This document shows, piece by piece, positions 1-9,602 of a DNA stretch of 64,000 nucleotides (position 1 is the first letter of the stretch; every line of letters starts with the position of its first letter). The DNA is from a virus (taxonomy: Duplodnaviria; Caudoviricetes). The notes under the pieces were generated by a model. That model was not told the DNA's origin and ran no database searches. It saw only the letters and a list, made by a program, of their open reading frames with translations. The stretch spans positions 230,549 to 294,548 of IMG/VR virus record IMGVR_UViG_3300028591_000073, one strand, 5' to 3'. The position numbers and the translations under genes were made by a program.

Positions 1-1164
1 TTAGACCGAATCATGGATCGAGAAGACACAAATATCGCCGAAGTATTAATGTCAAATGTGAAGAATGTATTTGTTTATTTAGAAACCAAATTAAGAACAG
101 CTTCTACGATTCATGAATTCCGTCAAGTAACAGACGCATATAATTGGTTATTCTTGGTTGATCCCATTCGTAACTGGAGTGATTCTACCTCTTATGATAC
201 AGATGAATTGTTGGTACAATCTTATGGAATTACATTGGCTGAATTAAATGTATTGAAGTATTTCTTCTATGGTGACGAAACCGATGCATCCAAAATCACA
301 TTTACATTTCAAGATACCATATACCAGATCCCAGTGTATGATATATTAAATCAGAATGTATTGTCATTGCCATATCCATTCGACAATCAAGAATTTGTGA
401 AAGTATGTAATCTTACAGTTTCTAAATGGAAGAATAGAACACTTGATAATGCTGAGATTACCAATGATACCATTCGTTTAAATTATCAAGATATTATCCA
501 AGATAAGATATTGTTAGATGTCTCTGGATCACAATATGGACCAACTTCATTTGAAGCACTATTGTATCGAGAGAATCCAAAGATTTATCGTGCATTACAA
601 CAAATGAAAGGTGATGGAGATCAGTTATTGATTCTGATGAGAAGTATCATTCGTGCATTGGAAATACAAACAAATTCTTCATTATCTGCATTGGAGTTTG
701 AAGCAACTGGTGAAAAAGAATACATTCGTATCTTAAAAGAAGTCATTACCTATTTCAAATCCTATATGGTAGAATTTACCAAAGAGGAATTCCAATATAT
801 CTTCGGTGGATTATTCGATCATGGTGGCAATCCCAACATGCTGGCATTGTTCGATGAAATCAATCATGTCACACTTAGAATCTTACCAAAAGATGCATTA
901 CACTTGTATGATGTTTCTTATGCAGATGCACGTGTCATTATCAAAGACGATGTATCCAAGTTCTTTTATGATGATGCGATCTTCCGAATTAAAACCACAT
1001 ACAAAAAATTGAAAGAGTTTGGATATCCGATATGGTTTGATAACGGATACTGGATTGACCAAACACCATTTGATGGATTAACTGATAATACAAAATTGAT
1101 TGCCGAATTTCTTTCAGATTCTTCGGGAACATACAAAATCATCATCAATCAAGAGCATTCGTGA
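1..1164 (+). CDS. Virion structural/baseplate-like protein, C-terminal part (frame open from the window edge)
   Basis: Frame 1 is open from nt 1 to TGA at 1164. The motif ILKEVITYFKSYMVEF resembles the FKSY motif of large phiKZ/AR9-like virion proteins (from recall). Confidence 0.45.
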   Translation, partial: LDRIMDREDTNIAEVLMSNVKNVFVYLETKLRTASTIHEFRQVTDAYNWLFLVDPIRNWSDSTSYDTDELLVQSYGITLAELNVLKYFFYGDETDASKITFTFQDTIYQIPVYDILNQNVLSLPYPFDNQEFVKVCNLTVSKWKNRTLDNAEITNDTIRLNYQDIIQDKILLDVSGSQYGPTSFEALLYRENPKIYRALQQMKGDGDQLLILMRSIIRALEIQTNSSLSALEFEATGEKEYIRILKEVITYFKSYMVEFTKEEFQYIFGGLFDHGGNPNMLALFDEINHVTLRILPKDALHLYDVSYADARVIIKDDVSKFFYDDAIFRIKTTYKKLKEFGYPIWFDNGYWIDQTPFDGLTDNTKLIAEFLSDSSGTYKIIINQEHS

Positions 1165-1255
1165 TGGCAATACAAGAAAAACAACTCCCGAATGGAAGGA
1201 GTTGCTTGCACAATATAATAGAGACGCGAATGGAACGTCTCATTACTTCACATCA

Positions 1256-1447
1256 TTAGTGCAATGGGATTGGTGTGAAGTTTTTAGACTCCGGATGAGT
1301 CCAATCAACAAACCAAACATTTCCGTATCCGGAATACTTTGGTTCGAGCGGACTTATCACAGAATTGGTAGCAGTTGATGTTGTCACATTTTTGAGTTCC
1401 TGCGACTTCTTTTCAACTGCTGCCTTTGCATAAGCAACCATGTCCAT
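1256..1447 (-). CDS. 63-aa early peptide, paralogue of 41856..42044
   Basis: SD AAGGAGGTGA precedes ATG 1447 (MDMVAYAK...). The C-terminus ISPLEPKYSGYGNVWFVDWTHPESKNFTPIPLH is conserved with 41856..42044. Confidence 0.8.
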   Translation of the reverse strand: MDMVAYAKAAVEKKSQELKNVTTSTATNSVISPLEPKYSGYGNVWFVDWTHPESKNFTPIPLH

Positions 1448-1511
1448 ATTATTCACCTCCTTTTCATATATTTTGATGAATGCAATCATGGACATCAAAC
1501 CTTTCAAATGT

Positions 1512-1570
1512 ATTTGATATATTTCTATATCAAATAAATCATATCTATATGAAAAGAAAGAATAATAGAA
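1512..1570 (-). promoter_or_regulatory. Putative phage early promoter with downstream hairpin (copy 1)
   Basis: Minus strand reads TTCTATTATTCTTTCTTTTCA-TATAGATATGATTTATTTGATATA-GAAA-TATATCAA, with the same spacing as the other copies. Confidence 0.7.
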
Positions 1571-1590
1571 CGGGGCCATATGGCCCCGTT
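1569..1590. terminator. CATATG-centred GC palindrome (probable intrinsic terminator)
   Basis: AACGGGGCCATATGGCCCCGTT lies just past the stop of the SbcC-like gene. Confidence 0.7.
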
Positions 1591-1598
1591 TATCTTTA

Positions 1599-4127
1599 TT
1601 ATTTTGAAATATCGATTGTGTGAACAATGTGTGAATATTGACCCGGTTGAATGCTGTGGGATATCATGAACATTTGTTCACAATTTAATGTGGACATCAT
1701 CTCGTTTAACATCAACACAAACATGTCACGAGTATTTGCATCGATATACGCATCTAACTCATCCACCAAAGCAACAAAGTGATTTGGAATCAGTGTGTGA
1801 GCCAATGCCAATGATAATGCCAATGATAATAATGTGGATTCTGATTGAGAGCCGGTTCTGATATCGTCAGACTTGTTTGTTCCACATCGGAATGGTAATG
1901 TGAATGTGGTTTCATCAATGATGGGTTTCAACAGTTCAATTTCACCATCATAAATGACATTCAACAATCGATTGGCAATCACCAATGCTTCATGGATTTT
2001 ATCACGAATGGCAATGACAGGTTTACCCTTAGTGGAGGAGGTGGCTTCTGCAATAATCTTATACCGTTCATCCATCAATAAATGATTCTCAATTTCATCA
2101 ACAGTTCTGGTATATTGTTTATCTGCGTTTTCCAAATTCTCCAATTGTTTTGCAACCATTTGTACTTGAGATTGGATTTGCAAATATTGTGTGTTAAGAT
2201 TCTCATATTCCAATTCTGCATTTGTCAATTGAGATTGTTGTTTGAACAATTTGTCATACCGAGATTGTACATCCTGAATGTCGATATTCTTAATAGAAGA
2301 TAATAGCATCTTCTTGTGGTCTATCTCAGATAACAATTGTTTGTATTCAGAAACTTGTTTATTACAATCTTCAATCTGTTGTTGTAATGATAGAATTTGA
2401 TTGTTTAATACATCCACGGGAATCTCATCTTTCATTTCAGAACTCATTAGATATTGAATATCTTTGATACGGGTTTCCACATCATGCAATTGTTTTACCA
2501 ATTGAAGATAATGCTCCTGTTGTACTGCAAGTTCTGTCCAATGTTTAATCTCTTCCACATCGATACCTGTTAAGCCATTCTTTAATCGAGTGATGATAGC
2601 TTCATAATGAAACAAAGCTTTTACTTCTGGAGCGATTTCAATCCGAATTAACCGACACATCGTTTGATAATTCTTTAATGCATGTTCGAAATTCTCCAAA
2701 TCATACTGGGTAAATTTACCGTCGTTAACAGACTCATATGAGCGGAAGTACTGCTGTAACTTATCAAACACATTCCGATACATGCAGTTTTCATATCGAC
2801 AATCTTCTTTGGAAACATAGTCTCCCTCAATCGTACTTAACATGTGACGAATTCTGGATATCGTACTTCTCTCCTTTTCAGAATCCATTAATACACTACC
2901 TTCCTGAATCAAGAATGCAGAGATGTCAATTCCTTGGAGAATCATATCACAAAACATTGTTAAATGTGTCCCGTTCAAACATAATGTGATTTCTTTGCAA
3001 GTATCATTCACACCATTTGCAATGTGTAACATCTGTGACAAAATAGCACTTGATGATTGAATTTGTACATCACTCAGTTCCAATCCTTTGATTTCAGATG
3101 TCAGCTTTTCTTGTAAATCCACCATGTTTTGATAATCATTCACAATTCGTTTACGGGATTGCTGTTCTGTTTCGATGTTGTGTTTTCTTTCATATACGAT
3201 ATCCAAATCTTTCATGAGTAACATGCTTTGACTATTGGCTTTGTTCATTGCTTCTGTAATTCGCAATTGTTCCTCCATCAAACTTTCATACAGATTGACA
3301 TCATACTGACCGATTTCTGTCACGACATTTTTGTATGTTACCAGCTTATTTTGCAAATCCATCAATTCCCCAGATAAGTTTTGTTGACGTAATGACGAAA
3401 TCATTCCAGTTAATCTATCTAATCTGGTTTTCATATCATTCATAGAATCCACCAATCCAGAATGTTGTGAACGTGTTTGTTCTAATGCAGTGCTCAATGT
3501 TTCATAAGAACCGTAATTAGATAACAGGAATTCTTTTGTTCTTGTTAATGAAGTAATCAGTTTGCTTGTATAACGATAATCTTCCGTGGCAAGTTTGTGT
3601 ATCTTGTCATAGATATCAATCCCCATTGCCTTGTTCATTAATGTCTTTCTTTGTGTGGAATTCATGTTGGCAAATGATGTTAATTGCGTTCCATTAATCA
3701 CAAACTGGAATGTGTATCGATTAATTCCAAACAACCTTTCAATCAAAGCATTGCATGTATTCACACCACCATTTGCATTTAATTCTTCTCCATCTTTCAT
3801 AATCGACGAAACAACAGTGTGTCCATTCTTGTTTGGATTGTACGTATGTGTGATGTTGTATACAGTACCATCCATTTCATATACAATGTTCTTGACTCCC
3901 ACTTCACCTTTGAGGATTTGTGGTGTGTCACTTCTTTCATCCCCAGTCAGATTGATGGAAGAGAAGGGATGCAGCTTCTGAATCAATACGGTTTTCCCGC
4001 AACGGTTTCTACCATATATCTGGATAATGGGTTTGTCAATTTTGTCAAAACAAAATTCAATTTCGTGTTTACCGGATGCGGCATACACATCTGCAAAGTT
4101 TACCAATTTAATATACATAATTTTCAT
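1599..4127 (-). CDS. sbcC: SbcC/Rad50/SMC-family ATPase
   Basis: Walker A GRNRCGKT, long coiled coil with central CxxxxC (CRYENC), signature-like GSQSE, Walker B LVDELD and H-loop ISH. SD GGAGG precedes ATG 4127. Confidence 0.85.
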   Translation of the reverse strand: MKIMYIKLVNFADVYAASGKHEIEFCFDKIDKPIIQIYGRNRCGKTVLIQKLHPFSSINLTGDERSDTPQILKGEVGVKNIVYEMDGTVYNITHTYNPNKNGHTVVSSIMKDGEELNANGGVNTCNALIERLFGINRYTFQFVINGTQLTSFANMNSTQRKTLMNKAMGIDIYDKIHKLATEDYRYTSKLITSLTRTKEFLLSNYGSYETLSTALEQTRSQHSGLVDSMNDMKTRLDRLTGMISSLRQQNLSGELMDLQNKLVTYKNVVTEIGQYDVNLYESLMEEQLRITEAMNKANSQSMLLMKDLDIVYERKHNIETEQQSRKRIVNDYQNMVDLQEKLTSEIKGLELSDVQIQSSSAILSQMLHIANGVNDTCKEITLCLNGTHLTMFCDMILQGIDISAFLIQEGSVLMDSEKERSTISRIRHMLSTIEGDYVSKEDCRYENCMYRNVFDKLQQYFRSYESVNDGKFTQYDLENFEHALKNYQTMCRLIRIEIAPEVKALFHYEAIITRLKNGLTGIDVEEIKHWTELAVQQEHYLQLVKQLHDVETRIKDIQYLMSSEMKDEIPVDVLNNQILSLQQQIEDCNKQVSEYKQLLSEIDHKKMLLSSIKNIDIQDVQSRYDKLFKQQSQLTNAELEYENLNTQYLQIQSQVQMVAKQLENLENADKQYTRTVDEIENHLLMDERYKIIAEATSSTKGKPVIAIRDKIHEALVIANRLLNVIYDGEIELLKPIIDETTFTLPFRCGTNKSDDIRTGSQSESTLLSLALSLALAHTLIPNHFVALVDELDAYIDANTRDMFVLMLNEMMSTLNCEQMFMISHSIQPGQYSHIVHTIDISK

Positions 4128-4289
4128 AATTTTTCCTCCTTGGCATATATATGATTTTTCTGAATACACTCTAACAATGTATATTCAATAAAAATATTTT
4201 TGGATATACATATATTTATCATGTAGACGACGGGTACTCATCCGTTGTTATATATTAAATAATCTATATCAGAAAGGAAAGATGCTATC

Positions 4290-5000
4290 ATGATGAATGA
4301 TAACAAAGCAGCAACACCCGAACAGAGACAGGAGCAGTATGCGATGCTGAGAGAGAATCAGCTTCGTCAGTGGTGTGCTCTTGGCAATCCCGTATTGGAG
4401 AAACAGATTCCTGAGATTGCGTCACAGCTTCTCTGGAAAGAATTCAAACTCCAGTATTACAGAGCGACTGACCTTATTATCGTATTCGGATTGGGATGGA
4501 GACATGTCATCGACTTTGTCGCATCCCAGAAAGTTCCGGAATTCTCAGTCGATGTGTGTGGGGTATCTGTCGAGTATACGACCGAATATTCTGAGACAGA
4601 AAAGAATTCTAATATCGTACCACAGTTGATTCATAAGCGGTTACCATTATTCCGTGACCGTCAGCATGTGGAGACAGTTGGTTCCTCCTACAAACAAGAA
4701 CTGAATAAGAAGTATGATGCATGGAGAACCGAGAATTTGACAGAGACAATTTCCAAACTGGAAAATGAGGTATTTGCAGAACTGCAGGAAACCTATGGTA
4801 TTGATGTTGTCGTGCCTCCGACTGTATTTGCAACGATGGCTGCGATGTATGTTGCAGGTGTACAGATTGCAATGGATACACATGAGCCGGTTAATATGTA
4901 CAACATCTTCACCATCCGTGTGGCAAATGGTGATATCATCACACTTCAGCCGTCTGCAAAAGTAAAACAGGATATGAAAGGAGATGCGAAGAAATTATGA
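4290..5000 (+). CDS. Hypothetical protein
   Basis: 236-aa ORF with SD AAAGGA; first gene of a + strand cluster. Confidence 0.75.
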   Translation: MMNDNKAATPEQRQEQYAMLRENQLRQWCALGNPVLEKQIPEIASQLLWKEFKLQYYRATDLIIVFGLGWRHVIDFVASQKVPEFSVDVCGVSVEYTTEYSETEKNSNIVPQLIHKRLPLFRDRQHVETVGSSYKQELNKKYDAWRTENLTETISKLENEVFAELQETYGIDVVVPPTVFATMAAMYVAGVQIAMDTHEPVNMYNIFTIRVANGDIITLQPSAKVKQDMKGDAKKL

Positions 5001-5278
5001 TTGAACAGACTGTAGATAACAAGAACAAGAACATCAGCGTATCGATTGAACTTGTGGTTCCAAAGCATCAGTTCAATACGATGGAATTCGCAGAGAAATT
5101 CCACAACCAGTTTGTCGGAAATCCCGATTATATCAAATCCAACATCGTAGTCCATGATGATGGAAATCAGCATACTGGTGCAGCAATCATTATCAATGAC
5201 CTCGAAGATTATGACAGAATGAAGAAGGAATTGATGAAGGCAATCCAGGATGTATTCCAGAAAATTGAAAATAAATAA
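4997..5278 (+). CDS. Hypothetical protein
   Basis: 93 aa, ATGA overlap with the previous gene, followed by a hairpin. Confidence 0.7.
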   Translation: MIEQTVDNKNKNISVSIELVVPKHQFNTMEFAEKFHNQFVGNPDYIKSNIVVHDDGNQHTGAAIIINDLEDYDRMKKELMKAIQDVFQKIENK

Positions 5279-5287
5279 TAAAGGTAT

Positions 5288-5305
5288 GTGGGGCTTCGGC
5301 CCCAC
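5288..5305 (+). terminator. UUCG-capped GC hairpin
   Basis: GTGGGGC-TTCG-GCCCCAC after the stop at 5278. Confidence 0.6.
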
Positions 5306-5410
5306 GACCGTTTTGTACGTGAAAGGAGTGATGTCATATGATTGTGATGTAATCTATTTCAATCGCATATCAACAATTTTAAGTAATTTAATTAAAAGGA
5401 GAAATTTATC

Positions 5411-6559
5411 ATGAGTAACGAAGTTATGAACAACACACAGGAAAACACATTTGCAGCAAGCCTTGGTAACCACATTTGCGTAGGCCTTGGTAATACCGGG
5501 ACCAACATTGTGACTGAGATTGCATCCAGACAGTCCTTGACGGATGTTGATTTGTATTCCGTCGATTCTGTTGTATCTGCAACAGCGATGAAGAACATCA
5601 ATCGCATCAAGACAATTCCGATTATTACAGATGCAAAACAGGGTTCTGGTCGTAACAGAGAACGTGGTGCTTGGATGTTTGAAGAGCATCTCGAGAATCA
5701 TGCATTTGACAAATTGTTTGAAAAGTGTATGAATGCCAAAACTCCCATTGTTGTTGTCACATCTGCAGCAGGTGGTACAGGTTCTGGTTCCACACCGGTG
5801 TTCTGTAAAGGACTTGCAAAATATGCAATGGAACATGAAATGGTACCTCCGCAGGTAATTCCGATTATCGTTTGCCCCAGCATGGAAGACCCGACAGCAT
5901 ATCATCTCAATAGCAATGACTTGTTTATGGAATTGGCAGAGGCAGATATCAAGACATATGCCGTATTCCGCAATGTTGCTGGTGATTCCAATTATGCACC
6001 CATCAACAAAGAGATTGTTGATTTAATCGAAATCATCTTTGGCAAGAAATATGGAATGACCAATCTCGACAGTATCGATGATTCTGACCTTGATACTATC
6101 CTCTGGACACCTGGTAGATTCGTGGCTGTATCTGCAAAGGCAAATGATATTACAAATCTGACACGTCAGATTACACGTAAGATGTTCACCGGTTTCCAGC
6201 CTTCATGGACAGATGAGGAAGCGAGACAGTACACCTTCATGTCCGCTTATAGTCTGAAATCCATGTTTGCAGGTGAAGACTTCAAACAGGTGTTTGATGA
6301 AGTCAGAAGCAGAATTCATTCTGTATTTGATGAATATCGTCATATCGAACAGGTGGACAACGGTGGTGAAGTAGAAGCCACTGTGATTATCGCAGGACTC
6401 CCCAGACCAGAACTCAAAATGATTCAGACCGAATTCAATGGTGCTGAAGGCATTGGTGATGGTATGAAGAGAGCAGCTCGTCCGAAGTTCTTGACACAGA
6501 GAAAGCCGGTTACGACAAAGAGTAAAGACGGTAAGACAACCGTTAATTGGAGCAAGTAA
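5411..6559 (+). CDS. phuZ: Tubulin/FtsZ-family GTPase (PhuZ/TubZ-like)
   Basis: GLGNTGTNI (T1), GSGRNRERG (T3), AAGGTGSG (tubulin signature), IDDSD (T7). Confidence 0.88.
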   Translation: MSNEVMNNTQENTFAASLGNHICVGLGNTGTNIVTEIASRQSLTDVDLYSVDSVVSATAMKNINRIKTIPIITDAKQGSGRNRERGAWMFEEHLENHAFDKLFEKCMNAKTPIVVVTSAAGGTGSGSTPVFCKGLAKYAMEHEMVPPQVIPIIVCPSMEDPTAYHLNSNDLFMELAEADIKTYAVFRNVAGDSNYAPINKEIVDLIEIIFGKKYGMTNLDSIDDSDLDTILWTPGRFVAVSAKANDITNLTRQITRKMFTGFQPSWTDEEARQYTFMSAYSLKSMFAGEDFKQVFDEVRSRIHSVFDEYRHIEQVDNGGEVEATVIIAGLPRPELKMIQTEFNGAEGIGDGMKRAARPKFLTQRKPVTTKSKDGKTTVNWSK

Positions 6560-6648
6560 TTCCGAATATAATTGTATGGTAGCATGGGTATATTTCCTAT
6601 GCTACCATCACTTATAGATACAAAATCAAAACAAGGAGGACATTCATT

Positions 6649-7695
6649 ATGTATATGAATTCACAGCCGTACGCAATGCCTCAAGCAAATATGCCCATGC
6701 CTGTACCGGCATATCAGCAGGCGTACAACACCACATCCCCAACCGAATTCTATCAGGTAAGAGATGATGATAAAGTCATTCTCTTAAGTCTCGATGAGTA
6801 TCTGGCAAGACAGGGTTATACACCGAACAATGTCAGACCGGAAGAATGGGTACACATCATCGATGCAGCTGGTGATGTATTCTATTCTGATATCGCACAG
6901 AGACTGACAAGAGTTGCAAGTTATATCAACTTTGCACCAGAAGATGATGATAAAGCGAGAGGTCTTATGCACAGTCTCGCACATCATGTTCGCAATCCTC
7001 GTTTCATTGCAATTATGATGAAGCAGCTGCATCAGGAGAACAATCCAGAAGCAAATGGATTCATTGGTGCAATTCTGATTACTGCGGCAGAAATGTATGT
7101 GCAGGAAATGAGAAAACTGGACGAGGCTGACAAGCCGGAAGTTGAGAAGACAAAGAAAGATAAGGAGAAAGCACCAGAACCTCCGAAGAAAACACATCTT
7201 GATGAGAATATTGTCGCATCTATGTATGATGCAGCATTACAGCTGCTGTCTGCAAAGTATGAATATGTCAAGAATCAAGTGATTGGTATTGGTAAAGGTG
7301 ATGCTTTAGCAATCGCTGCTTATCTGGCTATGAATAATGAACTCACCGTGAAAGACATCATCAAGACAGACTTACCGTTGACTGCTGACTTGTTTGAAAA
7401 TGATGCCAGAATTCATTCCAATCCTGGTAATGTGATTGCTGCATTGTTACACTTACAGAAAGCAGAATATGCAAAGCTGAGTGTAAACCAGACAAAGTTC
7501 TTGGATACTCTGACAAAATGGGTATATGCGAGACTGGATGCATTACCGCCAACAGCTTGTCTGAATTATCTCGTACAAGTATATCACACATCTGCACCGG
7601 CTGACGTTGTAAAGACGAATCTGATTCAGCTCAAGGATTGTGGACCACAGTATCCACAGCTGTATCAGGTTGTCAGAGCACTTAAATTGAACTAA
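6649..7695 (+). CDS. Hypothetical protein
   Basis: 348-aa ORF with SD AAGGAGG. Confidence 0.75.
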   Translation: MYMNSQPYAMPQANMPMPVPAYQQAYNTTSPTEFYQVRDDDKVILLSLDEYLARQGYTPNNVRPEEWVHIIDAAGDVFYSDIAQRLTRVASYINFAPEDDDKARGLMHSLAHHVRNPRFIAIMMKQLHQENNPEANGFIGAILITAAEMYVQEMRKLDEADKPEVEKTKKDKEKAPEPPKKTHLDENIVASMYDAALQLLSAKYEYVKNQVIGIGKGDALAIAAYLAMNNELTVKDIIKTDLPLTADLFENDARIHSNPGNVIAALLHLQKAEYAKLSVNQTKFLDTLTKWVYARLDALPPTACLNYLVQVYHTSAPADVVKTNLIQLKDCGPQYPQLYQVVRALKLN

Positions 7696-7714
7696 TTAAG
7701 AGGAGGAATTTATC

Positions 7715-8245
7715 ATGAGTATGTTTGGAAATAAAGTATCCCCCGAAGTTGATAGACTGATTAAGCCTATCATTATGGATATGACTCAGATTGATATCGC
7801 ACAGCAGCAGAATCCGATTATCACAACACAGAATGAACCTCAGGATATCAAACGTCGTAAGAGACGTTGTGTTCATATCACATTTAATGGTAATGACTTT
7901 GTCATTCGTGCAAAGACACTGGATGACGGTAGACTTATCTGCCCAGTGTGTGGTCAGGAAATTGGTCAGGACTTTGGAGAAGAAGCAGTGGAAGATTACT
8001 TCAGATGCTTAAAGAGAGTAAACCAGCTTCTGTTCTTTGGTATGTTGAAAGGTATGCTGGCTGGTCCCATTCAGGGTTGCATTGCACTGAAGGAATTGCT
8101 TCCGGATGCTGCGAAGCTCCACAAGGAACTCAATCAGTTTGTCAGCAAGGAAGATAAGTCCAATAACTCTCTCGAGAATATCGGCTCAGAATATGCAACA
8201 AGCAATCTGCACAAGAACCTTACAGGGTTCCATGGTGGTTATTAA
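7715..8245 (+). CDS. Hypothetical protein with CPVC (possible Zn finger)
   Basis: 176 aa, SD GAGGAGG, CxH...CPVC. Confidence 0.7.
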   Translation: MSMFGNKVSPEVDRLIKPIIMDMTQIDIAQQQNPIITTQNEPQDIKRRKRRCVHITFNGNDFVIRAKTLDDGRLICPVCGQEIGQDFGEEAVEDYFRCLKRVNQLLFFGMLKGMLAGPIQGCIALKELLPDAAKLHKELNQFVSKEDKSNNSLENIGSEYATSNLHKNLTGFHGGY

Positions 8246-8257
8246 TGATATGGACAA

Positions 8258-8282
8258 CGGGGGCTTCGGCCCCCGCTTTTCT
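8258..8282. terminator. Intrinsic terminator between convergent genes
   Basis: CGGGGGC-TTCG-GCCCCCG followed by CTTTTCT. Confidence 0.75.
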
Positions 8283-8285
8283 TGT

Positions 8286-9551
8286 TTAGTTTTTACACAA
8301 TTGCATGGTAGATTGTGCAACATATAAATCATCACCTTGATTGGTTAATACATGATTCACAAACCTTGCTCGATATAATCCACCAATATTTGCACCACGG
8401 ATTGTTGTATCAAACATCAGATTATATCTGGTATTAATGTGCATATCACCAATATCTGCACCAATGATTGACATATCTACTTTGGTTATTTTTTCTTTGA
8501 TTCTTGCCGCATTGGATGTTGCAATGAAAGGATTCATGTGTTTGTGTAAGACGTTTGGGATATTTTCATTACCATAAATCTCGTTTGTTTTATATTGATA
8601 TAACTCTTTTAATGAAGCAGATTGAATTTCGTTTGTATTTACATTTACAGCACCGATATTCTCAGCTTGCATCAAACGTTCAATATCGGATTCTGATAAG
8701 ATTGAAATATTGTTGAATAGGATCGTCATCCAATATTCATTATTGGAATATTTTTTTAATCCAGCCATATCAGAATCACTGAGGGAACTGAGTACGCGGA
8801 TTGGAACGATGTTTTGATATAAATTAGAATCCGTATTCGTCAGATATAATTGATCAATATCACCATAGATCTGTGCGCCTTTCTCATATAATCCATAATA
8901 AGTATCGAAATATGCGAGTGTTTGTAATAGATTTAGATTTGGAATCAATACTTGATCGAAGCATGCTTGTTGATTTAACGGGTCTTTATGATAACACATC
9001 ACATTTCCTCGTTGGAATAAATCATTAATAATAGACTCCAATCCCATATTTTTATAAACGGATTGTGTTTGTCTTCTCATATAGTAAACTAATGATTGAT
9101 GATACCCGTATAATTCAATTGGTACTTTTGGTGTTTGATTCAGATCTGATGTAATTTTAACACCATCGCGATATTGATCCATTGTGGATGTTGGCATATT
9201 CTTATTTTCAATATATACTTTCATGTTGAATTGGATATTGTGTGCTCCATTCACAATCGTTGGTTTTGTTTGGTCATCTTCCAATAAGTAGATATTCCCA
9301 TATAAGTTGCCAACCATTTCAATCTCATCAGGATATTCTGTGATATTTTGCAACAATTCCAAATCAGACTGTAATCGAATTCGAATAATGGGAAAAATGT
9401 GTGTATCATAATTATGCATAAAGGAAATCGATACAATTTCAGATTGGTTGATTTGATAATTAGTTCCATGTACGGATAATACAAGATTGACTGTATATAA
9501 TGTTTGATATGTTTTTTCCATTGAAATACCTCCTAAATTAACCCCCGACAT
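8286..9551 (-). CDS. Putative baseplate hub-like virion protein
   Basis: 421-aa ORF (probable start near 9521 after SD AGGAGG); general hub-like organisation in a structural neighbourhood. Function is inferred. Confidence 0.4.
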   Translation of the reverse strand: MSGVNLGGISMEKTYQTLYTVNLVLSVHGTNYQINQSEIVSISFMHNYDTHIFPIIRIRLQSDLELLQNITEYPDEIEMVGNLYGNIYLLEDDQTKPTIVNGAHNIQFNMKVYIENKNMPTSTMDQYRDGVKITSDLNQTPKVPIELYGYHQSLVYYMRRQTQSVYKNMGLESIINDLFQRGNVMCYHKDPLNQQACFDQVLIPNLNLLQTLAYFDTYYGLYEKGAQIYGDIDQLYLTNTDSNLYQNIVPIRVLSSLSDSDMAGLKKYSNNEYWMTILFNNISILSESDIERLMQAENIGAVNVNTNEIQSASLKELYQYKTNEIYGNENIPNVLHKHMNPFIATSNAARIKEKITKVDMSIIGADIGDMHINTRYNLMFDTTIRGANIGGLYRARFVNHVLTNQGDDLYVAQSTMQLCKN

Positions 9552-9559
9552 TTTTGTAA
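9547..9559 (+). promoter_or_regulatory. Putative late promoter (NAC[A/G]-N6-TAA)
   Basis: GACA-TTTTTG-TAA upstream of the virion/portal cluster. The same pattern occurs at 34253-34241(-), 41576-41564(-) and 60033-60045(+). Confidence 0.45.
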
Positions 9560-9602
9560 TCTATCGGCTGATATAGCCAAATTCAAATAAGGAGTTGTTA
9601 TT

